Assembly: GCA_039924845.1 (NCBI GenBank)
Contig: JBDTAC010000068.1
Coordinates: forward strand, 925-64,924
Direction of reading: 5' to 3'
Length of the DNA: 64,000 nucleotides
Source of the DNA: Bacteroidia bacterium
GTDB lineage: Bacteria; Bacteroidota; Bacteroidia; DATLTG01
Shown here: piece by piece, positions 30,523 through 39,569 of the stretch
Position numbering within the stretch: the stretch's first letter is position 1
How the letters are laid out: each line of letters starts with the position of its first letter
Notes under the pieces: generated by a model
Database searches by the model: none
What the model was told of the DNA's origin: nothing
The model's input: the letters and a program-made list of their open reading frames with translations, nothing else
Position numbers and translations under genes: made by a program

Positions 30523-32964
30523 TTAGAACGGATAACCAATTCCGAAATTCAGATTTATTTTCGACAAAGCCAAAGGATGATTTCCAAATTGCCAACGTTG
30601 GTTGATCGGATAAGAAGGATCTTTCAGCGGAACAGCAGCATCCAAGCGAATAATAAAAAAACTAAAATCAACACGTAAACCTAACCCTGCGCCAATGGCT
30701 ATTTGTCCGGCAAAGGTATTAACGTTAAATTCTCCTCCGGGTCTATTTGGATCGGGTTTGCGCAACCAAATGTTACCGGCATCCATAAATGCGGCAGCAT
30801 TCAGCATTCTAAAAATATTAAAACGATATTCCATATTTCCTTCCATTAAAATATCGCCTACTTGGTCAAACGTTTCTCCGGTGGCAGAATAGGCTCCAGG
30901 ACCCAATGTTCGCGCTCTCCACGCACGAATATCGTTCGAACCTCCTGCATAAAAAGCCTTTTCAAAAGGAAGCGCATCCAAATTAGAAAGCGCATAACCC
31001 ATTCCTCCTACCGTACGAAAAACAAGTTTGCTATGCGGCGTTAAGATGCGATAATAGCGAAAATCTACATCGGCACGCAAGTATTGCGAGTAAGGTAAAT
31101 TTAAAATTTGATAACTGCCTTCGCTGTTTTTTACGGCGTTTGTGAAATCATCAAAAGCTCGGAGGATATTGCCGGACGATTCTAAATTACCTATAAAAAA
31201 AACAAAATTGTGGCTTTTCCGATTAATGTCTTGATCATTGTATTGGAAAGTATAGCGCGAATCGGTAACCATGTGATTGGTGTAGCTGTTGATGAGCAGT
31301 AAATCCTTTGTTTGCAACAAAGATGATTCAAAAGCGGGTTGCAATCCTACTTTCACAAAACTTATTTCGAGTGGGTTAAGTGTATGTGTTTTACGAATGG
31401 ATTCTTTCCAAGTATAACCGAAAGTAAGATTTGCAATGTAGCGCGTATAATCCGGTCTGCGCTGATAATTCAGTGCGCTGGTAAAGACCGTTTGCGGATC
31501 GGCATTTTTGTAAGCATTTACTTTTATCGGAGTTAAAAAACGCGGAACTGTCAGAGTGGCTTGCGGTCCGAATTCAAGAGTGTTGAATGGCAAAAAATTT
31601 TGCACGGTTGTTTGCGGTCCGGTAGTCGTTACTAATTTTTGCGCTTCAATTCCTCCTTTGAAAGAAATTTGTAAAACTTCCGCGCCCTTAAAAAGGTTTT
31701 TATTCTGATAAATAACACTTCCGGAAACACCTAAATCTCCCGAGGTGTTAGTCCCTTCTGTTTCGATGGTAAATGCTTGTTTTACCACAGGAGCCACTTC
31801 TATATAACAATCCAATAAATTGCCGGGTTGTTTCACAAATCGGATATTGATAAACTTAAACGCCTTTATTTCCGACAATCTCCGATACGTATCGGTGGCA
31901 TTTCTCAATTGATACAAATCGCCTTTTTTTATGAAAATAGCATTTAGAAATAAATTGGGGCGGTAATTTAGTTTGCCAGAATATATAATGAAACAATCGT
32001 TTATATTCAAGGTGTCTTCCGTTATTTTGTCCGCTTTTTGCGGATCATAATCCGTTCTAACAAACACATTGTTGATTCGGTAACGCGGATGCGGAATTTC
32101 AATGGCAGAATCCGAACGCCCCGAAACTTGTTGTTGATACTTACTAAAATCAATAGTAACATCCAACATTCTGTTGCCAATAGTGGTATCAACAGAATAA
32201 TAAATATAATTTTTAGTGAAGTCGAAATAGCCATCGTTATTCAGTAAGGTCGTCAAGCGATCTCTTTCTTTTTCTAAGATATCCAAATCGTAAATCGCAC
32301 CTTGGTTCACCAAACAATTTCCAGAATCGGCATAAATAATAGGCTGCAATTGCGGATCTTTAAATTCATAATTGACATGGCGGATGTAATACGGCTTTTT
32401 AGTTTGCAACAAATAGTACGTAGTTACTTGTTTTCCTTTATATACAGCAGAATCGCGAACGGTATTATCAAAATATCCTTTGTTGTTCAGAAATAAATGA
32501 ATCTGTTGTGCCGATTTTTGCATTAAAGTAGAATCGAATATAACTGGCGGCTCGCCAATTTTGAGTAGCCATTCGTCAAAAGTCAGATGGTCTTTGCTCT
32601 TTAGCTTTTTGCCTTCTGCTGCACGTTTCAGGTTAATCGCATCTATTTTTTTGTCGTGCGCAATTTTTTTCTGATTGGCTTTGTCTTCGTTTACTAAATT
32701 GTAAATACCTAAGTGAAAGCGCACAATTCCGAGAATTTTACGATTGGGTTTTTGCTTGATATAGCTTTCTATTTGGGCGCGTTCTATTTTGGTATGTTTG
32801 TCAACGATGATGTTTTTATTGAGCAGAAATTCACCATCATGCAGTCTGCGGGTAGGATTACAGGCGTATTCAAAAAAAAGCGTGCTGAAAACAAGGCAGG
32901 TATATATGCTGTATTTTTTCAAAGAAAATCGTTCGGAAATTTGTAATTTTGACATTCTGTTCAA
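30523..32964 (-). CDS. BamA/TamA (Omp85) family outer-membrane protein, TamL-like
   Basis: 813 aa; N-terminal lipoprotein-like signal (LFFEYAC); POTRA-like repeats followed by a 16-strand barrel ending GIGYPF. Confidence 0.75.
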   Translation of the reverse strand: MNRMSKLQISERFSLKKYSIYTCLVFSTLFFEYACNPTRRLHDGEFLLNKNIIVDKHTKIERAQIESYIKQKPNRKILGIVRFHLGIYNLVNEDKANQKKIAHDKKIDAINLKRAAEGKKLKSKDHLTFDEWLLKIGEPPVIFDSTLMQKSAQQIHLFLNNKGYFDNTVRDSAVYKGKQVTTYYLLQTKKPYYIRHVNYEFKDPQLQPIIYADSGNCLVNQGAIYDLDILEKERDRLTTLLNNDGYFDFTKNYIYYSVDTTIGNRMLDVTIDFSKYQQQVSGRSDSAIEIPHPRYRINNVFVRTDYDPQKADKITEDTLNINDCFIIYSGKLNYRPNLFLNAIFIKKGDLYQLRNATDTYRRLSEIKAFKFINIRFVKQPGNLLDCYIEVAPVVKQAFTIETEGTNTSGDLGVSGSVIYQNKNLFKGAEVLQISFKGGIEAQKLVTTTGPQTTVQNFLPFNTLEFGPQATLTVPRFLTPIKVNAYKNADPQTVFTSALNYQRRPDYTRYIANLTFGYTWKESIRKTHTLNPLEISFVKVGLQPAFESSLLQTKDLLLINSYTNHMVTDSRYTFQYNDQDINRKSHNFVFFIGNLESSGNILRAFDDFTNAVKNSEGSYQILNLPYSQYLRADVDFRYYRILTPHSKLVFRTVGGMGYALSNLDALPFEKAFYAGGSNDIRAWRARTLGPGAYSATGETFDQVGDILMEGNMEYRFNIFRMLNAAAFMDAGNIWLRKPDPNRPGGEFNVNTFAGQIAIGAGLGLRVDFSFFIIRLDAAVPLKDPSYPINQRWQFGNHPLALSKINLNFGIGYPF

Positions 32965-33031
32965 TGCGCCTTAATTGGCAAAATTAATATTATTTATCAG
33001 TTTTTTAGACGATAATTTAGGCTTAAAATAA

Positions 33032-33805
33032 ATGCTTTCAAAAAATCAAATTAAACAGGTTACCGGATTACAGTTCAAAAAAAACAGAGCATTGGAGCAT
33101 TGTTTCGTGGCGGAAGGAGCTAAAATCGTGCCTGAATTACTGCGTTCTAAAATAATAGTACGCGCCTTATTCGGAACTGCTGACTTCTTCGAAAAAATAT
33201 TTTTGGAGACGATTCCCGAAAGCATTGAAAAAATAATAGTGTCAGAACTTGAATTGAAAAAAATCTCTTCGCTCAGTACGCCCAATGAAGTATTGGCTGT
33301 TTGCGAAATCCCAGTTCATTCCTTGATAAATTCAGAATTAAAAAATCAACTGAGTATTGTGTTGGACGATGTGCGGGATCCTGGAAATCTGGGCACCATT
33401 GTTCGCATTGCTGATTGGTTCGGAATTGCGAACATTATTTGTTCGCCCGAAACAGTGGATGTGTACAATCCCAAAGTGATTCAAGCTACGATGGGCTCCA
33501 TTGCTCGCGTAAATGTGTGTTATATGGATTTGAAACATTTATTTTCCAATACGACTTTCGAGCATGATTTTTCAATTTACGGAGCTGTATTAAACGGAGA
33601 AAATGTTTTCGAAAAGCGATTAAATCAAACTGGTTTTATCGTGATTGGAAATGAATCCAAAGGAATTTCCGAAAAATTACTTCCTCATATTAATGAAAAG
33701 ATATCCATTCCTTCCTTTTCATTAAACCAAATGGATGCTGCGGATTCTCTCAACGCTGCTATTGCTACCGCTGTTTTGTGTGCAGAATTTAGAAGAAGAA
33801 AATAG
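33032..33805 (+). CDS. TrmH/SpoU-family RNA 2'-O-methyltransferase
   Basis: SPOUT motifs (LDDVRDPGNLGTIVRIADWFG, IGNESKGIS, LNAAIATAVL). Confidence 0.85.
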   Translation: MLSKNQIKQVTGLQFKKNRALEHCFVAEGAKIVPELLRSKIIVRALFGTADFFEKIFLETIPESIEKIIVSELELKKISSLSTPNEVLAVCEIPVHSLINSELKNQLSIVLDDVRDPGNLGTIVRIADWFGIANIICSPETVDVYNPKVIQATMGSIARVNVCYMDLKHLFSNTTFEHDFSIYGAVLNGENVFEKRLNQTGFIVIGNESKGISEKLLPHINEKISIPSFSLNQMDAADSLNAAIATAVLCAEFRRRK

Positions 33806-33902
33806 AATAATGGAGAATTGACAATGGTTAATTGATAATTAAAAGGGAGTCTCTTTCTGAAATGATTCAGCATTTGATGTTGGGTGTTTAGAACTAACAG
33901 CC

Positions 33903-34090
33903 GCATAAATGCTCGATGCGATTGCATAAATGCTCAATCGGATTGCTATATCGTTCAGTCAGATTGAGTAAATGCTCAATCAGATTGCATTATCGCTCAG
34001 TCAGATTGGTTAAATGTTCACCGAAATTGCATTATCGCTCAGTCAGATTGAGTAAATGTTCAGCGAGATTGCATAATGTCCAGCGGGGGA
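33903..34090 (+). repeat. tandem array, ~8.5 copies of a 21-bp unit (42-bp super-period)
   Basis: Units: CATAAATGCTCAATCGGATTG / CATTATCGCTCAGTCAGATTG / AGTAAATGCTCAATCAGATTG ... each ending GATTG. Confidence 0.9.
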
Positions 34091-34287
34091 CAAAAAAGCA
34101 AATCCAATTTATCTCTGCTGGAGAGGGCAGGGGGAGAAAAATAGTTTGCTTATCATTTTCGATTGAATTACATTTACCAAGCTAAATTCATGCTCGTGAA
34201 GAAAATAATTTTTCAAGCCTCATTAATTACCTTCCTTTTTCCGAGCCTTAATTTCCTTCAAGCGCAAACCAAAATAGGTTCTAAAAA

Positions 34288-35190
34288 ATGAAAAATACTT
34301 TATCCATTTCAGATAGTTTTGTTAAAACCTATACAGCAGGATTTAGGTTCGGCTTCAACGGAAAAGAAAAAGACAACGAGCTTTACGGTATTGGAAATGA
34401 CTACGATTACGGCATGAGGATGTATTATGCGAGATTAGGAAGATGGTTCAGCATAGACAACCTTTTTGCAAAGTATCCTTATCAAAGTCCATATTCTTTC
34501 GTTGGAAATTCTCCAATTTTAAAACAAGAATTTGATGGTATGGATTATGGAGTTTATACTAATCACGATACGAAAACCATTATTATAAAAGCAACTTACT
34601 ACACACAAAAAGGAGATAAAGATTCATATAACTCAGCGGTACAGGCAACCCAATATTGGAATAACCAAAGCGGAAAATTTCAATATGAGGTGGGAAGTGG
34701 CAATGATAAGGTTCGTTATAATATAAAATTTGAACTTACTGTGAAACAATCAGCTAATCCAGAATATGATGCAATAATAGAAGGAAAAGATTCTAAAGGT
34801 AATTATTTAGGTGAGAGTAATATTTATAGTGTTAAAAAAGATGATAATCCTGTTTTTGTTGATCCGAAAGTAAAAGATGAGGGAGGAGCAGGTGTAACTT
34901 ATCAAAATGGAACCCATATTGCTGTTCAAAAATCTTACGAATCAACTGATGGTGTAGGTGCCCATGAGGTCGGTCATACATTGGGAATAGATCACAAGGA
35001 GAATGGCTTAATGACCGTGAGTGTTAATGACCAAAATCATTCAAACTCGGTTGATAGATTTACGATTAAAGATATTTTTGCTAATGTAACTAAGCACGAT
35101 CCGACAAAAGGTGATGGTAATGCGACAGTACATGAAACAGGTAACAAACCCGCAAATTTTGATCAAGGCAAAGTAATTTTAAAACCATAA
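34288..35190 (+). CDS. orphan RHS C-terminal cassette: RHS core-end (DPxGL region) fused to a metzincin-like zinc-protease toxin domain
   Basis: N-terminus FRFGFNGKEKDNELYGIGNDYDYGMRMYYARLGRWFSIDNLFAKYPYQSPYSFVGNSPILKQEFDGM is an RHS repeat-associated core end. HEVGHTLGIDH matches HExxHxxGxxH. No upstream RHS repeats. Confidence 0.7.
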   Translation: MKNTLSISDSFVKTYTAGFRFGFNGKEKDNELYGIGNDYDYGMRMYYARLGRWFSIDNLFAKYPYQSPYSFVGNSPILKQEFDGMDYGVYTNHDTKTIIIKATYYTQKGDKDSYNSAVQATQYWNNQSGKFQYEVGSGNDKVRYNIKFELTVKQSANPEYDAIIEGKDSKGNYLGESNIYSVKKDDNPVFVDPKVKDEGGAGVTYQNGTHIAVQKSYESTDGVGAHEVGHTLGIDHKENGLMTVSVNDQNHSNSVDRFTIKDIFANVTKHDPTKGDGNATVHETGNKPANFDQGKVILKP

Positions 35191-35195
35191 ATGTT

Positions 35196-35621
35196 ATGAA
35201 AAATAAATTACTATTTGGAATATTTTTTTTAACATTATTGTTCTGTGGATTTGTCCAATCCAAAAAGATTGACAATGGCTATTATATTCCAGGTCGTTAT
35301 AAAATGACGAAAACAAAAAGTAAAGATAAAAATTCGGATAGCGTGTTGGTAAGTGGAAAAATTTTCACCGAAAAAGGAGAATCCGCGTTTCAGGAACCTA
35401 TAAAATTTGAAGGTAAAACATCTTGGGATAATGAGAATTTATTTTCAGATGGCTGGAATTATGCAGATAGTACAGGATTTTTTAGCGTAAAAATAAAAAA
35501 AGGAACTTTCAAAATTCGATGTACATCTACTTGGGGTAAAATAACAACAAAAAAAATAAAATTTAATCCAAAATTTGCATATTACTTCATTATTTATTTA
35601 GGAGATTCTAAGGTGTATTAA
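35196..35621 (+). CDS. putative cognate immunity protein (secreted, carboxypeptidase-regulatory-like beta-sandwich)
   Basis: 141 aa; signal peptide (LLFGIFFLTLLFCG); immediately follows toxin cassette 1. Confidence 0.45.
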   Translation: MKNKLLFGIFFLTLLFCGFVQSKKIDNGYYIPGRYKMTKTKSKDKNSDSVLVSGKIFTEKGESAFQEPIKFEGKTSWDNENLFSDGWNYADSTGFFSVKIKKGTFKIRCTSTWGKITTKKIKFNPKFAYYFIIYLGDSKVY

Positions 35622-35677
35622 GGTAGTGTTCAGAATGTCACCTGCGTTTTTCTGTTCAAAAAAATAATTTTTCAGTA

Positions 35678-37234
35678 ATGGAAAAACAAGTAAAAGCGTT
35701 TTTGGTAAAACACAATGTGTCATACGTTCATGTAAACGTGCCATACGTTCATGTAAACGTGTCATACGTTCAGATAAACGTGCCATACGTTCAGGTAAAC
35801 GTGTCATGCGTTCATGTAAACGTGCCATACGTTCATGTAAACGTGCCTAAGGTTCAGCTAAACATGCCTTATGTTCAGCTAAACATGTCGTACGTTACGG
35901 TTTATGGAAAGATAAAGGAAGTAGTCAGGACAGCAAGCAGTGCCTTACCTGATTTAGCGTTTAACTACGACCCAAGTGGAAACCGCATCAGCAAAGTAGT
36001 GAAACCACACGGCAGCAGCAAGGAAAACGGAGGTACAGACGAGCCTTTGCGTTGGACTTATACTTATTACGTTCGTGATGCACAAGGCAATGAATTGGTG
36101 GTGTATCAGCAGAAGTTAGATACCGTTGGCACCAACATTAGTTTAAGTTATAAGGAAACCGAACGCAACATTTACGGAAGTTCGCGCTTGGGTACAGAAG
36201 TGGGCGCAACCGAAATGATTGGTGCATTGCCACTCACAAATATTGATACCATTAACCATTATTTGGGAAACATACATTACGAAGCTGCTAATCATTTAGG
36301 TAATGTGTTGAGCGTTTTCACGGATAAAAAGATACCGATACAAAGCCTTACCAATCCTATGCTAATTGCCTCTTACGAGCCGGATATACTTAGCAGCACC
36401 GATTATTATCCTTTTGGCGCGCCCCTATATAGCAGGAATTTTAACAATACTGCGTTTAGGTTCGGCTTCAACGGAATGGAGAAAGATAATGACATATACG
36501 GCACCGGAAATGCTTATACAACAGAGTTTAGAATGCTTGACACACGCTTGGGTGGCAGGTGGTGGAGTTTAGACCCTGATATAAAACCTTGGGAAAGTCC
36601 TTATGCAGGATTTAGTGATAACCCTATTGTTTATAGCGATCCTTTTGGAAAGGATATCACGAATCCTGGAAAATACGTTTTAAGCAACAAAGCATTAATT
36701 CAAAAACTAAAGGCATTTGATATTGCTTTATCAGCAATTTCAGGACGTGATATACATTCATACAAAATTCCTATTACTGGAGGAGATAGATACAGAGATA
36801 AAGACGGAAAAATACGTTCTAGGTCAAATGGAGGTATTATTGGAAAATCAGCATCTCAATCTAGGCATCTTCAAGAAAATGGTGCATTAGCAGTAGATTT
36901 AGCGACAGGAGGTTGGGATTTAAAAACATTAGAAAAGGCGGCTAAAAAAGCGGGTTTAAGGATTAACCCTGATGGAGAGCCTTATACTGATGGGCATTTT
37001 CATCTTGACATGGGATTAGGAAAAAACGCAGATGAGGCAAAAAAAGTATATGATGCCTCAAATCCAGATAAAACACAAAGACCAACAGATAAGGATTTAC
37101 GCGTTAATGATAAAGAGGCAAAGTCAACAAGTTTAAATAATGATACTGGAGGCTATAAGCCCGATTCTGTCGCTCCTGCTACTCAAGATAAATTAAAATC
37201 TCCACCGCCTGCTAACGAACAAATAAAACAATAA
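35678..37234 (+). CDS. RHS-repeat protein 3' fragment: terminal YD repeats, core end, and M15/LAS-family zinc peptidase (peptidoglycan-hydrolase-like) toxin domain
   Basis: YD repeats (AFNYDPSGNRISKVV; RWTYTYYVRDAQGNELVVYQ). Core end FRFGFNGMEKDNDIYGTGNAYTTEFRMLDTRLGGRWWSLDP...DPFGKD. LAS peptidase motifs SRHLQENGALAVD (SxHxxGxAxD) and DGHFHLD (HxH). The first ~75 codons are the translated 21-bp repeat array, so the true start is probably later. Confidence 0.65.
   Translation: MEKQVKAFLVKHNVSYVHVNVPYVHVNVSYVQINVPYVQVNVSCVHVNVPYVHVNVPKVQLNMPYVQLNMSYVTVYGKIKEVVRTASSALPDLAFNYDPSGNRISKVVKPHGSSKENGGTDEPLRWTYTYYVRDAQGNELVVYQQKLDTVGTNISLSYKETERNIYGSSRLGTEVGATEMIGALPLTNIDTINHYLGNIHYEAANHLGNVLSVFTDKKIPIQSLTNPMLIASYEPDILSSTDYYPFGAPLYSRNFNNTAFRFGFNGMEKDNDIYGTGNAYTTEFRMLDTRLGGRWWSLDPDIKPWESPYAGFSDNPIVYSDPFGKDITNPGKYVLSNKALIQKLKAFDIALSAISGRDIHSYKIPITGGDRYRDKDGKIRSRSNGGIIGKSASQSRHLQENGALAVDLATGGWDLKTLEKAAKKAGLRINPDGEPYTDGHFHLDMGLGKNADEAKKVYDASNPDKTQRPTDKDLRVNDKEAKSTSLNNDTGGYKPDSVAPATQDKLKSPPPANEQIKQ
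35716..35905 (+). repeat. tandem array, ~9 copies of a 21-bp unit (42-bp super-period), related to the 33903-34090 array
   Basis: Units GTGTCATACGTTCATGTAAAC / GTGCCATACGTTCATGTAAAC alternate. The shared skeleton with array A is gYtcaNNNaaaNNtgcNNtaYc. Lies in-frame inside the 5' end of ORF 35678-37234. Confidence 0.9.
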
Positions 37235-37318
37235 ACATGAAAAAATTAAGGGATAAACTAAAAAAATAGGACATTAGAAAAAAATGATTAGTACAAAAAG
37301 TGATTATTATAAATTTCA

Positions 37319-37810
37319 ATGTTTACGTCTAAATTTTTAAATCAAATGAAAATGCGAATATGCGTAATTCTGTTTTCAATATATTTTATTGGGTGCAAAA
37401 CCAATAATTCGAAAACAAATAATCTTAATTGTCCAGAATTTTATCCCGAAATTGAGCATGTTTATTGGGCAGAACAAGGATTTACAATACCATCTGATAC
37501 CTTACACGATTATTGGTATAGATTGATTACTTTTTCAGAGGAAGAAGGATTTTGTACCATTATAGAAGAACTGCGACAGGGAAAAGTTGAAGGAGCTGGT
37601 AAAATGCAAGTTGTTAAGCAAATAAATATTACACATGTAAAAGGAATAGAGAATGAAAATGGCATATCGTTAGATTATGATGTGAAAAAATGGATAAGCC
37701 CCAAAGAAGTTGTATTAATATTAGAGGAACAACCTAAAACGACAAATAATTATTCTTGCAAAATTGTAAATTTAGATAACTTATCCGTAAAAGATACGAC
37801 TCTAAAATAA
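37319..37810 (+). CDS. putative lipoprotein immunity protein for the M15-peptidase toxin
   Basis: 163 aa; lipobox-like ILFSIYFIGC; periplasmic localisation would match a cell-wall-targeting toxin. Confidence 0.45.
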   Translation: MFTSKFLNQMKMRICVILFSIYFIGCKTNNSKTNNLNCPEFYPEIEHVYWAEQGFTIPSDTLHDYWYRLITFSEEEGFCTIIEELRQGKVEGAGKMQVVKQINITHVKGIENENGISLDYDVKKWISPKEVVLILEEQPKTTNNYSCKIVNLDNLSVKDTTLK

Positions 37811-37875
37811 TGTTAGTGAGTAGTGCGATAGGTAGTGTTCCAATTTGCACCTGTCCTTTTTAAAAAATCAAAAAC

Positions 37876-38146
37876 GTATTTCAAAAAATAATTTTTCAAA
37901 CCAAAAAAGCATTTCAAAAAATAATTTTTCGGAGAAGAAAAATAAAAACTTGATTGAAAAAACGTATTTGAAAAAATAATTTTTCAAATCAAAAAACGGT
38001 TTCAAAAAATAATTTTTCAAACGAAAAACACATTTCAAAAAATAATTTTTCGGAGCAGCAAAATAAAAAATTGGAATAAAAAACCAGTTTCATAAAATAA
38101 TTTTTCAAACTAAAAAAAAGTTTTCAAAAAAATAATTTTCTGAACG
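37876..38146 (+). repeat. tandem array of about eight copies of the palindromic TTTCAAAAAATAATTTTTC motif with 10-35-bp A-rich spacers
   Basis: For example GTATTTCAAAAAATAATTTTTCAAACCAAAAAAGCATTTCAAAAAATAATTTTTCGGAG... repeated. A partial duplicate lies at 46311-46395. Confidence 0.9.
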
Positions 38147-38292
38147 AGAAAAAAAATGGTTTGCAAAAAAAAGTTTTTAAAAACCATTTCAGCCGTATCA
38201 GGGATGGTGTAGCTACAAGAAGGAGCAGCAGCAATTGACAATGGAGAATTAGTAATTAATAATTGATAATTACTAATTGCAGATTATTTGCA

Positions 38293-38402
38293 AGTCGCTT
38301 TTTCCTGATAGAAATTTAAACACAAAAACAATTTGGCAAAGTGTTATTGCCAACTGGCTCAACGAGAAAAAATACCGCTCGAACAAGTTCAATTATTGGC
38401 AG
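38293..38402 (+). pseudogene. decayed copy of the 3' end of the tyrosine recombinase gene 42554-43411
   Basis: About 110 bp (CGCTTTTTCCTGATAGAAATTTAAACACAAAAACAATTTGGCAAAGTGTTATTGCCAACTGGCTCAACGAGAAAAAA...CAATTATTGGCAGG) is about 90% identical to 43212-43320 but frameshifted. Fused to the following ORF. Confidence 0.65.
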
Positions 38403-39525
38403 GACGCTTTCCAATAAACGAGAAGCGTTTACAAAAGAATATGCCAAGCGATTAGAGCAGGTACAAATAGAATGCAAGGATGCGCTAAAAGTAATTGAGC
38501 AATACGATGGCAAGGATACTTTTTTTTATCTCGACCCACCCTATTTTAATTCCGACTGCGGACATTACAAAGGCTATACAGAACAAGACTACGAAAAGCT
38601 ATTACAAGCACTTGAAAAGATACAAGGTAAATTTCTACTGAGTAGTTATCCGTCCGAACTGCTCAATACCTACGTAACAAAAAACAACTGGCGCAAACAA
38701 GAAAAAGAACAAACGATACTTCTCAGTCATCAAACAAAAAAAAAGAAAACAGAAGTGATGGTTTATAGCTACGATGCGCTGCAACAAAAAATTCATACTC
38801 GCAAGCAAAAACAAGGGCTTCGGATAAAATATAGTGCTATAAAATGCTTGCACAAACAAAAAAAAGTGTCGTGGTTCGCAAGCATGAAAAACATCTATGA
38901 TGCGCGAGGGCAAGCCTTTCAGCCGACACCCTCAGATAAAGCGGTATTTAAAAAGCTCCATGCCTCTATGAACAATGGGATACGAAGTGCCAAATCTACC
39001 ACAGCAAAAAAGTGGTTGCAAAACAAATCTTTGAGTATAGAAAAGAGCGGAGCGGTATTTAATTCAGGACAAATCCATCATCGGAAAACCAAAGAATTTA
39101 TTGAAGAACTAAAAAGCATCGGATTTTTAATAGCATCCACCGCAGCTACCAATACAGGAGAAACAGGCTATTGTTGTTTTGGAAAAAACGCGATTCTTTT
39201 TCCACTACGTAACAAAGAAAACGAAGTGCTAAACTTTTATGCTATCGGCATTACAAAAGACAAACAGGAATATTTAAACAGCTTAGGACTTTATCCGAAC
39301 TACCCACATCCACAATGCAAACGCTTGTACCTAACAGAAACTATTTTGGATGCAGCTACACTTTTAGAATCCAATGTGATGGATAACAAAGAAGCTGTTC
39401 TCGCTTTGCACAACGGAGAAATGAGTAAAGAACATATCGAAGCGATAGAAGGATTAAATGACTTGGAAGAAATTATTTTAATTGAGAAATGTGGCTCTGC
39501 CACTGATTTACAAATTAAGAATTAA
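38341..39525 (+). CDS. chimeric/hypothetical ORF: C-terminal half of a D12-class N6-adenine DNA methyltransferase (DPPY motif) lacking its AdoMet-binding N-terminus, followed by an uncharacterised (possibly toprim-like) domain
   Basis: KDALKVIEQYDGKDTFFYLDPPYFNSDCGHYKGYTEQDYEKLLQALEKIQGKFLLSSY matches Dam-family motif IV and downstream region. Motif I (FxGxG) is absent; the recombinase fragment lies directly upstream. Confidence 0.45.
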   Translation: MLLPTGSTRKNTARTSSIIGRTLSNKREAFTKEYAKRLEQVQIECKDALKVIEQYDGKDTFFYLDPPYFNSDCGHYKGYTEQDYEKLLQALEKIQGKFLLSSYPSELLNTYVTKNNWRKQEKEQTILLSHQTKKKKTEVMVYSYDALQQKIHTRKQKQGLRIKYSAIKCLHKQKKVSWFASMKNIYDARGQAFQPTPSDKAVFKKLHASMNNGIRSAKSTTAKKWLQNKSLSIEKSGAVFNSGQIHHRKTKEFIEELKSIGFLIASTAATNTGETGYCCFGKNAILFPLRNKENEVLNFYAIGITKDKQEYLNSLGLYPNYPHPQCKRLYLTETILDAATLLESNVMDNKEAVLALHNGEMSKEHIEAIEGLNDLEEIILIEKCGSATDLQIKN

Positions 39526-39569
39526 GAATGCAGGATTAAGAATTACGAATTACAAAATGAAAATATAAA

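Noticed and set aside
33916-35828. ORFs 33916-34185 (+) and 35598-35828 (-) with heptad-periodic proteins (RLSKCSI..., RLHERMT...)
   Set aside because: These are open frames created by the 21-bp (7-codon) periodicity of the tandem arrays, not genuine repeat proteins.
33903-35905. Considered whether the 21-bp repeat arrays are CRISPR arrays
   Set aside because: Units are contiguous with no unique spacers, the period is 21 bp rather than repeat+spacer (~60-70 bp), and there are no cas genes. They are minisatellite-type tandem repeats.
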